Source of the DNA: Podarcis liolepis | Taxonomy: Eukaryota | Assembly (NCBI GenBank): GCA_965112155.1 | Contig: OZ218101.1 | Reading direction: 5' to 3' (one strand) | DNA: 64,000 bases | Shown: positions 14,501 through 27,827 of the stretch, piece after piece | Layout: each line of letters starts with the position of its first letter | Numbering within the stretch: the first letter of the stretch is position 1 | Program-made: the position numbers and the translations under genes | Notes under the pieces: generated by a model | What the model was told of the DNA's origin: nothing | Databases searched by the model: none | Seen by the model: the letters and a program-made list of their open reading frames with translations, nothing else

Positions 14501-17500
14501 GAAGATCCAGCTATTTCCTGGCAATTCTGGGTTATTTATTTGTAATTTCCCTGACAAAAGATCTGGCTGCTACACCTGGTTGCTGTCTGTTTAAAATGTC
14601 CTCCCGGCCACATTAATTCTCCTCTTCTCAAAACCCAGACTCTTTCACCGCAATCATGAAAATCCTATAACAATACTTAGCATAATGGTTAATCCACTCT
14701 TGACAGTGCAAGGTTATATCAGTCAACTTCTCTGAATCAGATCAAGATAGTTCATCCTTCAGTCTTTCTTTTTAAAAAAAACAACCCTGTAACAAGCAAT
14801 AGATTTTTTTTATATATAAAGCAAAACCTTTTTCTCCTAACCATCCATTTAGGAATGCATGGATCTGAAATTTGTCCTAATCCTGAATTTAAGGTCGAAC
14901 CTTATTTTTAATGTCATTAGAATCCTTGCACAAAGCTTCTCTAAACACTTGAACTGCAGCTTTGGAGGAAAAAATACAGTTGATCCCAGACTAAAGCTCC
15001 AACTTTGGGGGCAAATAATTCAGGTGCATCAGCTTGCCCCGAGATTGAGGGAGCTGTTGCGGCACAATGTGCTCGTGTTATGCGTGCATGCCACATAATG
15101 TGCAGACGTCTCTGTGGGATACTGAGGGGACTCACCCCCTTCATGAAAACTTGGGGGAGGCCCAAGGCCCCCCAGCCTCCATAGATGGCACCTCTGATTT
15201 AGCTTATATGGTTCCTTCTCAGCTTCATAGCCAAGTAATTCATGTTGATCCATTTAGTACCGCTGTTAAACCTCCACCTCCTTATTTTTTCATTATTCAT
15301 TCATTTTTATCTATTTAGCAAATGTGCCTTCCACCCTTCATCCAAAGATCCCAGGGCAGTTCACAGAATAAAAATACAAAACAGAAATACATAAAACACT
15401 CCCTTCCCCTTTACAAGAGTGCATGTTCTGCGCATTGCCATTCCTTATAGCACAAGAGTGGGGATACCTGCAGTTCTCCAGGGGTTGTTCAGCAAAGCCA
15501 GGCATCCCCTGACCACTGGCCATGCTGGCTGAGGCTGGTGGCAGTTGGAGCCATGGGTTCCTCATCCCTACAATCCAAAGGTTTGAAGGGCAAAGACTCT
15601 GGAGAAAGGAAAATGTGGCAAAGTAGGGAATGGAGGGTGGGGAATGGCTTGTTGCTTCTGTTTTCTGTTTCACTGTTAATGGCACAAATTATAAGACCTT
15701 GTGGGTATAAGTATCTACATGTAGCTCAGTGTGGATTAATCATATAATGGTTTGATCTTTCCAGCTGTGTTGCACTCTAGCCCATAAAGCAAAATGCTTT
15801 AAAAGAGGCACTTAATCTTAATTGATGAATCGCATGAAAGCCACCCATAGCTGATAGGCCTGGTGATATGCTGAGACTGCTCATTGACTTTGGAGATGAT
15901 AAACCTGCCACTCAGTTCATAGCTAGGATGGCAGGGCCATGAAATAAGTCCAAATGGACACAAACCAAAAATTACATATATTGGAACGTAGAAAAACCAA
16001 GGGCTAAAAGTCTGATTTAGGCATCTGTGGATTGGATTCCAGCAAAGGCTGCACTCCTATGTGCATGTATCTGAGAATAAGTCCTGTTATATTTTGTGTG
16101 TTTCATTCTGAGCAAACGTGAATAAGGTTCACTGCAAGTTCACTGCAAGTCCCATTGAAATCTGTGAAATGATGACGAACCTGCCGACTTGATTTCAATG
16201 GGGCCTTAATTCAATTAACTTACTCTGGATCCAACCAATTGCATTTAAACGGGGGGGGGGGACACCATTCAAATTAGAATGGGAGGAAGAGGATTCAGAA
16301 CTGGAAATCCACTCGTTTTAACTGTGGTTCCCGGGAGCTGAACAAAGATGTTAGGTAAGTAATTCTCTTCTAGTAGCATTCATTTTTGGTTGGTATATAG
16401 ATCATGTAAATGAATAAATAAACAACTGCCTCTCACTTGGTAATATATACTTCATTCACTGTTAGCATTCCAGAAGTTGTTTAAAATTTGCTTCTGTTGC
16501 TAATCTATGGAAATATTGGGGAGAAGCTTGAGACAAACAGACAGACACGTTCTTTGGTAATTGAAGTACTATTTGTAGTCCACACTTCTTCCTTAATTAA
16601 CTCCCTCTTCCTTCCCCCCTCTCTAATATATACACTTCCCATCTGACTGGGTTGCCCCAACCACTGTGGGCAGCTTCCAGCTGTGTGTGTGTGTGTGTTT
16701 GTGTGTCCACAGTCAATACATACCAGACACCTCCTAAGTTCGAGTATCTGGCAAAGTCAGCTAGCAATGGCCAACTGCTAAAATGCTGCAGGATCATGGT
16801 CATTGGTGGCCAGCTTTTGGGAGGCAACAATTAACACACTTTTCTGAAGGAATGGGAGGTCTTTTCAACTGCTCGGGAAGGTTTTAGTTGATCCAGTTTT
16901 TATTATCCCAAGGCTGCAAGTGTTGGAGGCTCACTATCCAGGCTCAAGGAAGAGATTGCTGCCACAGGGGGACAAAGTGTGGGGAACCAAGCGTAGCCTG
17001 GAACTTCAGCAAAGACCCCCTACAATTTCAAAATAATATTGTAGACCAAAAATCACCTCATGGGTACCAGTTGCCCATCCCGGCATTAATTACCTGTGAA
17101 AGTTCATGCCAGAACAAAACAAATAGCCTCTACGCTGATACAGGAATGTTTGCATTCCAACACCAGACAAGAATATCAGCGAGAGCTTGCTGAGTTTTTC
17201 TTTTCCTTGTCTGGAAATGAAACTTAAGAGAAAAAAGCAAGAGGAAGAGTTCTGCTTCCACCTCCTGGATGCTAGTGAGCACTGCATGCTCTGCATGCTG
17301 TGTGAGCAGAGGAGATGATGGTGGGTAGCAGGACCAAACTGATTTAGCTCAATGCCGTACATGTGTGGGGAGAGTGAGCTTTGCAGGGATAACAGATTTC
17401 AGAAAGCCATATTAAGGGACCCTAATTCATATACTTTGGTCCCCGATTCAACCCCTGGCATCCCATTTATTTAAAAAAGTCAGCTAGCAAGAGATGTGAA

Positions 17501-20500
17501 CATCCTCTGCTGGGAATTGACTGCCAGTTAGAGAGGATAACACTGGGACAGACAGACAAATAACCTGACCTAGTACCAAGCATCTTCCTGTTTTCCACAG
17601 ATGCTCATCTTTCTTAGGTCATACCCACAGCATACTTTTCAAAGCACATTCAACACACCTTTAAAGTGCATGGTTTCCTCCAGAGAATCCTGGGAATTGT
17701 AGTTTGTTAAGGGCTCTGGGAATTATACTCTGTAGGAATTCTACAGTTCCTAGGATTCTTTGGGGGAAGCAACATGCTTTCTAACTCTCATTTCTAACTT
17801 AGCTTAGCATTTCGTATGAACCAAGCCTATTTACTATTGAAATTCTGGGGAGCTCTTGAGAAGGTGGTGGAAAGAATTAGGAAGATCTGAAATTATTAAA
17901 GCAGGGCAGTGGGTGCAGGAATGGCTCATGCCTGTTAGGTTAGGCCACGAGATACCATGATTTACTAAGGACCACTGCAAGCTTCTTGTTTGCACAGTTC
18001 AGAGCAGGAAATTCAGGAGTGATGGAGACCTAGCATTGACTGGCAGACTGAGATAATGCAGGAATAATGTCCAGGGACTATAGGCCACCTGTTTTTCTCA
18101 ACAGCCCACAAATCCTCACAAATATTCTTTGAAAGTGGTCTACCGTAGTCTTAAATCTCGAATAATTGTAAGAGTGCAAGCTGCCTGCTCTGGCATGCTG
18201 GGTCCCCCCTCTCCCCAGTGTCTTTTAAAATGAGAACTTTAAAACTGATAACTTCCAATGGGAACGTTACTTGTTGTCTACCTTCTGCTAAATGTGAGGT
18301 TCTTTTGTTTCCCCCACAGCTGATCCACCCAATGATATTCTGGCAGATCAGCATTAACAGAGAAGGGTGTGGGTTGATTTGTGATTTCGTTGAAGGCAAT
18401 TCAAAAGGATCTTATCTTTGGGTTGCAGGAAACAGTTAAGGTGAAGAGGAGATTGTACAACTAAAAAAAAAAAAAAAAAAAAAAAAAGTTCTGGTTCCAG
18501 GCAGCACTGCTTGAACTCAAGTGTGCCAGCCCCACTGTTGGCATGACTGAGTCAGTGATCTTGTGCTGGTGGCTGCTACCTTGCCCTTTGCACTGCTCCT
18601 GTATCTTGCATGAGTCTGGGGAGCCTGGCTAAGCTATGTTGCAAGAGGGAATTGACCAGATGCTTGCCACATTGGAGGTGGATGCAAAGGAGTGGCACAA
18701 TTCCTTACGTTGTATCCTACAGGCCATTGACCGCAGAAGGGCTTGCTCTGAACTGTGTGCCTGGCACTTATATTTTCAGCTTAATCGTTTGCGTGCTTTC
18801 CCAGAAGTAGGGTTTGCCATACATCTGGAATTTCACAGACATATCCGGAATACTTCAGTTGGCAGCAGTGTCCTGGCAGAAATCGGCAGAATGGCTGGAG
18901 AAATCCGGACGTATAGCTGGCCATGTTGGCAATGTTGTTTTTGCCGATTATCCATAAAAATAGCTCTAGAACAGCAAGCTCAACAACTTTTCTTTCCGGA
19001 TTGTCACTGTTTGAAATATGGCAACCCTACTACTGAGCCTGTGGTGAAGGACAAGATAGCTCTGCCTCCCAATGCCAACCAGAGAGGCAGTTGACTCTTG
19101 CTTTAGTTAATGTAGGAGGCCTGGGACAGGCTGTGTCCAGCTCTGTCCTCCAACAGAAGGGAACAGCTGTTGGCTGAGAAGGAACATTCAGGAAGCTGCC
19201 ATGGCTGCCTCCCAGTAACTGATGCCTGAAGTGGTTGGTTCTTTCTGCCTAATGATAGAACCATCCCAACAGGCCTGGGGGTCCAATAGTTAGCAAAATG
19301 GCATGATTTTGGGGGTGGGGTGGGAAAGACAACATATTCCCACACTACACTAGGCATGAGTGCATCAGTGTGCATGAAGCAATATGGTGGAAGGGCTGTA
19401 ATATCCATTAAAATTAAATGATGTCCTGATTTCCTGTGGGCTGGTGCCGTGTTCTCTTTGCGAACAATGTTTGTCAAGTGTGCTGTGCTAGTGTTCCCAG
19501 AGGTATTTTGCTGCTGACACACTGATGGTAATCGCTGTCAGGATAAAGGCTGCATCTGTCTCCATATCCTTGGTCCCCTGCTTCCTCCTGTAACAGTCAT
19601 TGCTTTCCCTCTAAAGATCTTGGGAATTGTAGTTGGTTGAAGTTCTCCTCACAACTGGCATACACTACACTTCCCAGGTTTCTTTGGAGGAAGCCATGAC
19701 TGTTAAAGTGGTCTAATAGTGCTTCAAATGTATGGTGTGAATGTGACTCTGGTTAGAATTTCCTTCAATGATAATATAGTGATTCCTTCTAGAAATAATT
19801 TGGTTGCTGCCGTTTAATGGCAGTGACCAATGTTTCTTTGGGATATCTGTGTTCTTCTGCCCAGTACAGAGACACTGAGCTGAGCTTAATAAACAGGAGT
19901 AGCCCTGGAGCCTCATTTCCCCCAAACAGACTGCTTATTCAGTTTGTGTTTTATATATGTGCGTGTGTGTTTAATCACATCATCCATCACAAACATTTGT
20001 TGCCGCTTGTCGCTACAGTTTTCAAACTGTGCTGGTTCACTTCATTACATGGCTTCACGTGCACAAAGGAAGTTTTGTGGTGTTTTATCATTTGTTTGGC
20101 GGACATTTTTCAACCCAGCGTAATTGGCAGTCGTTCTGCTCCAGCCTCTTGGGTGGGGTGAATCAAGGCAACGACGCAGCTTGTTACAGCACTGCTAAGC
20201 AGGCCTTGTTTATTTCTTTCTGGGTGAAACATCATGTAAAACAGAAGTCCCTATGCTGCAAAAACAACCCTGGGCATATTAACGTGCAGCCTGACCTGGA
20301 GCCAACTTGTTTAATCAAGAAGCTCAGTAAATATTATGCAGTCTCTTAAAAAAAAGAAAAAGAGGTCTATTTGCATACTAGCATCCTCATATTGCATTTC
20401 AGCCAGTGCTGGTCTTCATCAATCTGTATAGCACTGAATCTGTTTTGACAAAAGCTAGTGCTGGCTTGAATACTTAGAGCGCCCATTATGGGGCTGCTGT

Positions 20501-21084
20501 GAATGCCTAGGACAAATATATTGCTTTTGAGACCATTAGTGAGCTTGATAGTCAAGCACGTAAACTGCATAGCACAACATTTTTAGTATGAAGAATAAAC
20601 GAATACGCTTTAGTTTCGTAAATAACTTACATCCTTTCTTTTAGCATATGTGCATATGCTCCAAGTGTCCCTATTTTCCAGGGACAGTCCCAGAAATATG
20701 ACAGCCACCCCAGCTTCTTATCTGATCCCAGAATATCCCTATTCCCCCCACAAACTCCAGCACCACCAAACTTGGGAAGGAAGATGAGCCAGTGCTTATC
20801 CTGAGCGGTGACAGAAGCAGCAGTGGTGGTTGTGAGAGAGCATCCTCTTGCCTCTCCATTGCCTTTCCACAGTGTCTCCATGACCATTGCTATTGGCCTC
20901 CTCTCTTAGGCCATTTGCAGTGGCTACTGGAGAGCATGCGAGGAGGCGGGGAGGCTGCCGCTGTTGCAGAAGCCCAGCCTCGCATGACACGCCCACTCCG
21001 AGGTGTAGGTAGAGGGCAGGGCCCTGGTTCATCTAGCTCAGTATTAGCAGCAGCAGCAGCAACAACAACAACAACAACAACAAC

Positions 21085-21560
21085 TGATTATTTATACCCT
21101 GCCCATCTGATTGGGTTTCCCCAGCCAGTCTGGGTGGCGCCCAACAGAATATTAAAAACATGTTAAAACATTACACATTAAAAACTTCCCTAAATAGGGC
21201 TGCCTTCAGGTGTCTTCTAAAAGTCAAATACAGTGGTACCTCGGGTTACAGATGCTTCAGGTTACAGACTCTGCTAACCCAGAAATAGTACCTCAGGTTA
21301 AGAACTTTGCTTCAGGATGAGAACAGAAATCGCACAGCGGAGGCATGGCGGCAGTGGGAGGCCCCATTAGCTAAAGTGGTACTTCAGGTTAAGAACAGTT
21401 TCAGGTTAAGAACGGACCTCCAGAACAAATTAAGTTCTTAACCCGAGGTACCACTGTAATTGTTTATTTCCTTGACATCCGATGGGAGGTGGTGCCACAG
21501 GTGGGCACCACTGCCGAGAAGGCCCTCTGCCTGGTTTCCTGTAGCTTCACTTCTCCAGTT
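21085..21560 (-). mobile_element. L2/CR1-group LINE 3' fragment interrupted by a MITE
   Basis: Reverse complement of the element at 57455-57830. LINE sequence resumes after the MITE at 21457. Confidence 0.8.
21231..21456. mobile_element. Tc1/mariner-type MITE
   Basis: TIRs CAGTGGTACCTCGGGTTA / TAACCCGAGGTACCACTG with a TA duplication on both sides. Confidence 0.92.
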
Positions 21561-23344
21561 TCCAGGAGTGCCTGGTGAGAAAACACAATAAGGGGGCCCT
21601 GGAGTGTGCCCTGCTGCAACACTGGGACCTTGGCTTCTGTCCCAAGTGCTGGTGCTGGTTCTGCTTGGGAATAGCAGCATATACTAGTCGCTGCTGTAGC
21701 ATTGGGTTCTGAGAATGTTTAAATGGAACATCTCCTTAGGAAGTTTCAGGTATACTGGGCCAAGGCTTCACTGCCTGGAAGCAGCTCTCCAAGAACTGAG
21801 ACTGGAGTCTCTCCTAACCCAGCTGGGGATACCAGGGATTGAACCTGGGACCTTCTGCTTGGAATGCAAATGCTCTGTTGCAGAGCTGCAGGGTGGCCCT
21901 TTCCAATGATGCTGAATGGACTTCTGAAGAAATGACTAAATTAGGTTACAAGCAGCCATTATACAGATCTCCATTGTCAAGTAAAACCTCAGCCAAACAA
22001 GTCCATGCTTGTATTCAGGGTCTTGCACTTCAAATGGTCCCCAGATCCTAAGCATGTGCCTTGATTTCAAATGGATCAGTATGATTACATTGTTTGTGGT
22101 ATGTGCTACTTCATCTGTCAATGTGCCTCTCCCAGCTCCTTATTTTCTGGATTATTTGGTTTGAACAAATGTATTTTCAAGAGTCTGAGGTTTATTCTCT
22201 TATCCTGAACACAGTTGCATCAATGCCAAGTCCCATTGTTGTGCTCAGTGGAACTGCTTCCAAATAATAGGTTTACAAGCTCATGGCCTACGTTTGCATA
22301 GAGAAAATCCGGTTGAGTAAAATAATAAGCAACAGAATATCTTGCGCCTAACAGGATTAGTGGGCAGGGGTGGAGGAGAGGGAAAGGAAGTACTGGCCTC
22401 ACCACAGAATATTTCAATAACAACATGAACAAGTAAAAATGCCTAATGACATTTTTAAAAGATAGTATGTTTCCATTTACTTTTATTTTGATAATCTTTC
22501 AATGTATTAAGCAATTATGACTTAGTCTTATACTGTAAGATCAAAAGGGTCTGTGTTTAATATTTTACAGGGGCAAGTGTCCATGTGGTCTGAGATTAGG
22601 TATTTGGAACATCAAAGTTGCTTTCCTCCAGCGTTGTCCTTGGGCAGCTCCTATGATCACATGGAAGCTATTGCTAGGACTTAGTTTCTTTTTTATGTGC
22701 ATGAAATACCTCCCCACTAGAATGGGCTCTCAGGAGAAAGAAGGAAGGGGGACTAAGGGATATGAAGACTCAATGAGGATCCTACATGGACCTTGGCCAT
22801 TGGCAAAAAAAGGAATTTACTTCTAAAAATTGTTTTAAAAAATTGTATTTTGAAACTCACTCAATATTAACAGCATTTGGTATCCAATAATAATATAATT
22901 TCTGGTTTCCTGTACAGTAAATCAGGAGTGATTGGGGAGGGGTGCAGGATGCTGTTTCACACCCATCCTACCAACTTATTTTACAGAGTGGATCATCTTA
23001 GGGTCTCAGTATTTGTGTTTGATCCCCTCTAGCATTTGTAAGGTTAACAGAAAACAGTAGAAAGATTTAGAAAATTTACTTTCAGATAAGTTTTTTATTT
23101 TATTTTAATCAAAAGATTATAATTAAACAGACAACGGCAGGCTCCAGAAAGCCTCAGAATTTTGTTGCTGTACTTTTGTTTTGGGTTGCGTCTTGGATTG
23201 GGTGCTTTACCCTGAAATATTATTATTGTTACTGTACTTATTAAATTTGTTAGACACTTTATATTGCCCAAGGCAACCCAAAGCAACTTACAACCAAGAT
23301 GGCGCTCAATGAGTCACATAATAGCCTGTGGTTGTGGTGGTGGT

Positions 23345-23958
23345 NNNNNNNNNNNNNNNNNNNNNNNNNNNNNNNNNNNNNNNNNNNNNNNNNNNNNNNN
23401 NNNNNNNNNNNNNNNNNNNNNNNNNNNNNNNNNNNNNNNNNNNNNNNNNNNNNNNNNNNNNNNNNNNNNNNNNNNNNNNNNNNNNNNNNNNNNNNNNNNN
23501 NNNNNNNNNNNNNNNNNNNNNNNNNNNNNNNNNNNNNNNNNNNNNNNNNNNNNNNNNNNNNNNNNNNNNNNNNNNNNNNNNNNNNNNNNNNNNNNNNNNN
23601 NNNNNNNNNNNNNNNNNNNNNNNNNNNNNNNNNNNNNNNNNNNNNNNNNNNNNNNNNNNNNNNNNNNNNNNNNNNNNNNNNNNNNNNNNNNNNNNNNNNN
23701 NNNNNNNNNNNNNNNNNNNNNNNNNNNNNNNNNNNNNNNNNNNNNNNNNNNNNNNNNNNNNNNNNNNNNNNNNNNNNNNNNNNNNNNNNNNNNNNNNNNN
23801 NNNNNNNNNNNNNNNNNNNNNNNNNNNNNNNNNNNNNNNNNNNNNNNNNNNNNNNNNNNNNNNNNNNNNNNNNNNNNNNNNNNNNNNNNNNNNNNNNNNN
23901 NNNNNNNNNNNNNNNNNNNNNNNNNNNNNNNNNNNNNNNNNNNNNNNNNNNNNNNNNN
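23345..23958. other. Assembly gap (N run)
   Basis: Continuous Ns. Confidence 1.
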
Positions 23959-23979
23959 AACAACTATAGCAGGGATTAT

Positions 23980-24370
23980 GGGAAGTGTCGGACTCCTTTA
24001 CACAAAGCTGGCTTCAGGCACCAGGCCTGCCGGCAGACCAATTCTGCATTATAAAGATGTATGCAAATGTGACATGAAGGCTGGCAACATTCATCGCTTG
24101 CAGACAACAGCAGTGCCTGGAGACAGAAAGGCAGGCAGTGTGTATATTCATAGCAGTGGCCAGAGGAAAAATGGCTACTGGGAGGAGCACAGAGAGAGAA
24201 AATGCCATGGTGCATCTGTAGCAATGAAAGCAGATGTCTTCATCTGCCCCAGAAACATATATCTCCCATATTGGTCATTACATCCACAGCAAGTGCTGCA
24301 ACTCTCCAACAGTTTGACTTTACTCCCAATGGTGCATTCATCCATTGTCTCTCAAGACAGACTGATGCCA
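23980..24370 (+). mobile_element. Degenerate RTE-clade LINE 3' fragment (non-BovB)
   Basis: Translation LLYTKLASGTRPAGRPILHYKDVCKCDMK matches the RTE C-terminal LLYGEL..G.R..GRP..RYKD..K motif. Frameshifted downstream. Confidence 0.75.
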
Positions 24371-25309
24371 GTGGAGTCCAATTACATCTGAAAGGCCACC
24401 ATGTCCTCACTCCTGCCTTATGTGTTTTGGTTGCTATTCAATCTTATCATGGAGCCCTGTTCACATGGAGACATCCACAGTAATACAGCTCCCTTCTTGT
24501 GCATGGTACACAGACATTTGGGTTAACTTAAATATCCATTATAAATTGGATGCTGCCAACGTGTGCAATTCTAAAAGTAAGGTTCTCGTGTACGGTTTCT
24601 GATTTCACTTAGTAAACTAATGTGCGTGAGAAGTGTGAAGGACTCTCAGACAAAACAATGCAGGACTTTCTTTGCTGTTCATTTTTCCAAAATACCCATA
24701 GGCGCTTGACCACATTATCAGAGCTAAAGCAATACAGCTAAACATCTGCTATTACTATTGTGTATTTTGCCTCTAAGCATGTGTGTGTGGTCTGATAAGT
24801 TGTAGACATGCAACATTATCGTTTTTCTCTGGAGGCAAAGATTCTGTTACAAAGCTTCTGCCTACAGAGATCTGCTTAAAAGCCAAATTATTAACATATG
24901 GAAAAGCAAGAATGACACATAAGCCAATGCATAGAAAGAGCATCACTGCAATTCATACTCTGTTCTTACTGAAGACTGGATGTCCAGTGACCAAGTCAAG
25001 TCCTTAGACACTACCATATAAACCTATGAAATCACCACCATCTTGTACTTTATTACAGTCCATGCATTCAGTTGGCTTCATGATCATGCCCTCTACCATG
25101 TGCAACATCTGGATGCTGATGGGACATTGAACAATGTAAGTTTTATGTGACTGCTGGTGAGCTTTGAACTTCTCTTCTTTTAGCAAACTGACAGCCCAAA
25201 CCTGACTATTTTCTAGGCGCTGAGGATCTAAACCAGAGGCCACAGGAGCTCAAGTCCAACAACATCTCAATAGTCATAGGTTTGCTACCCCTGATCTAAA
25301 CATGAACTG

Positions 25310-25894
25310 TCACTGGACCTGTAAAAGGGTAAAAGAGTATTGGGAATAATCCATAATGAATTGAATTTTTTTAAAAGTACTTTTTTTTATAAAAACACAA
25401 AAATCCAGGGTCCTTTTCGTTGGGGATAATTCAGATGTAAATTCCTAGGTGTCAAAAAAGGTTATTTATGTATGCCACTACTGCGGCCCGTGTTTTATTA
25501 GCCTCAAAATGGAAAACGAGTGAAGTCCCAACTAAAGAAGAATGGCAACTTAAGCTGATTGAATATGCGCAGCTTGCAGACTTAACATATAGAATATGAG
25601 AACAAGAACAACATACATTTAGAGAAGATTGGAAAATGTTTATTGAATGTATAGGGGGAAATTGGGTACACTTGAAAATGTTGGCAGCATTAAGATAAAT
25701 TCAACAGTTTAAATAGGTTTTGATTGATGTAATGATAGAATACTGAATGGTTTAGTTTATGTAAAATATGCAAGGATTTATGATATGCAAAATGAACCAC
25801 GGAAAGAGAAGAAGGGAAGTCGTTGATATTTTAAGGATGTTTAAATGAGTATTCTAAATTGTAAAACAAAAAAATTAATAAAAACTATAAAAAA
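25310..25894 (+). mobile_element. L1-clade LINE 3' end
   Basis: Encodes LFMYATTAARVLLASKWK...PTKEEWQLKL, homologous to 7909-8540. A-rich tail. TSD TAAACATGAACTG at 25297-25309 and 25895-25907. Confidence 0.9.
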
Positions 25895-26971
25895 TAAACA
25901 TGAACTGCCTGTTCTCTAATGCCCTTCTCCTGTCTTCATCATTTATGTGCCCATGTGCTGAACATGTGAAGCATGCATCTGTGTGGTCTGTAATGTGTAA
26001 GGGTGTGCTTGTGTGTACGCACATTAATTTGGCATAATGCAGAAAACTAACATGGATTCCTCACAATCTTAACTGGCCCCTCTTCCTCTTCTTGTTTATC
26101 CAGTTCCCAGATGAAAAGCCAGCTCGTGCAATGGACAGGCTAAAATTCTACATGAGGGACAGTTCTATATTAGGGACCAGTTAGATCTCACAGTTTTCAA
26201 GGCAGAAGGGTGGGGAGGGAAGAGCTTTCTTGCATTCAGTGCAGTATAGGAGAAACAAAGAAGATCTCAGACCTCATTAGTACTGAGATGAATTTACAAG
26301 AGAAGAACTCAGAAATATACCAATCAGTCTACTCCAAAGCTCATTGAGGACTGGAATCAGTAACACAGGGATATGTTTTAGGCATGGCTGAATATCTACA
26401 CCCTGCATAAACTTTACATTGCTCATTGTAACTTGGTGCACCATATAGACATGTAGTACATGACAATCTTTGCATAATGGAAGCAGCCTTCTATTAACCA
26501 AAGAAGAGGATATGTGTGTTTCTTTATTTTGAAACAACAATGTGAGTCAAACAACAAAGAACAGGCAATGGTTATGCATTGTCTCCCTGAGTTAGTATCA
26601 TTGATTGGCTATTTCTTTTTATCATTTGTGATATGAGTATCATTCAACATCCTCTAGAATGGCTATTTACATATCATCTACCCAACTTACATGTCATCTA
26701 CCTCTTCATTTCTCACTGTTATTTAATACGCATTTGACACTCAGAAGTCTTCTTGGCAGAGGATCCACAGATGACACAGAGGACACGGTGGAGGGAGGAC
26801 GGAGATAAGCATGTGAGCAAAGTTGGGTGGTTGAAATTGTGAGAGCGACCTGTTGATATTGCCTTCAGTGGTTGTATAACAAGCATTGACTCTGAAGTTC
26901 TGGTACACGTTGGACCCCTTCAGTATCTTCTTGATTGCCTACCATAATAACATCAGGGAGGGGGAACATAG

Positions 26972-27458
26972 TGTTATGCATTTGTGGGAGGTAGGCTGTA
27001 TATCTGAGCCCCCTTCCAATTCCTGGATATGGCATGGATTCAGTTCCTGGAATAGCCAGGCTGGCTTCCTCATGATGTAATGGCCCCCTAAGTACGGACC
27101 ATTAAGGTACACATGGGTGCCTCCCACCTCCCACAACTGTCTGTTAGTTAGAAAGAAAAACAGTTAGAGATTGAACTATGTGAGCTTTAAGCTGGAAGCA
27201 AGGGCTGGGAAGCCAGAGAGACAGAGCCATGCCTGATCTATGCTTGAATCCAAGGCTGTGGCGATGGGAGTAGCAAGACCCTCTTGGGGTGCTAATGCTA
27301 TGAGTCCTTCCATTGTGCGTTCAGGTTGTACATATGTGTAAATAAACAATATCTCCTAAAGAAACAACAGTCTTCGGTTTTGAGGAAACAGAACCCTGAG
27401 TAAGCACCTGGAACCCCTAGAGTCTCACAACATTTGGAGACTAGGGTGGCATGCAACA
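26972..27458 (+). mobile_element. Solo LTR
   Basis: TGTT...AACA termini, internal AATAAA near 27341, near-matching 4-bp flanks ATAG/ATAT, ~490 bp long. Confidence 0.6.
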
Positions 27459-27704
27459 ATATTGAGAAAACAATGATGTCCTGAACATATTCTGTGCCCC
27501 AGTTCATACATTCAATCAGAGGAGGTGCCAAGACAGTACAGAGAAGGGGCACCATAAGCCCTCCCTACCATTGGACAAACAGTGACATTGTGAATCGGGC
27601 CCTTCATATGAGCAGTCAGCTGCATGTAAACCTGGGTCCTGAAGTTCTTTCTTCTCCTTTTTGAGGGAGAGAACTGTGCAGATTTCAAGAACGTTACCTC
27701 TGGC

Positions 27705-27827
27705 TTATACTTTGGCTCCCTGGAAATCTTTTCCTTCTTCCTCTTCAATTGCACATTCTTCTTCTTCATCATCATCATATTTTACCTTTGTTTGAACCAG
27801 CACATTTTCTGTCTTGCTAATCCATTC
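27705..27827 (-). CDS. CRLF2: CRLF2 coding exon 8 (cytoplasmic tail, stop)
   Basis: aag|GAATGG acceptor; EWISKTENVLVQTKVKYDDDEEEECAIEEEEGKDFQGAKV* (human EWITDTQNV). Confidence 0.88.
   Translation of the reverse strand, partial: EWISKTENVLVQTKVKYDDDEEEECAIEEEEGKDFQGAKV

Noticed and set aside
18636-19094. 152-aa plus-strand ORF
   Set aside because: No recognisable domain or exon structure; consistent with a chance ORF.
23259-24391. Long ORFs spanning N runs (also 43837-44139)
   Set aside because: Artefacts of translating assembly gaps.
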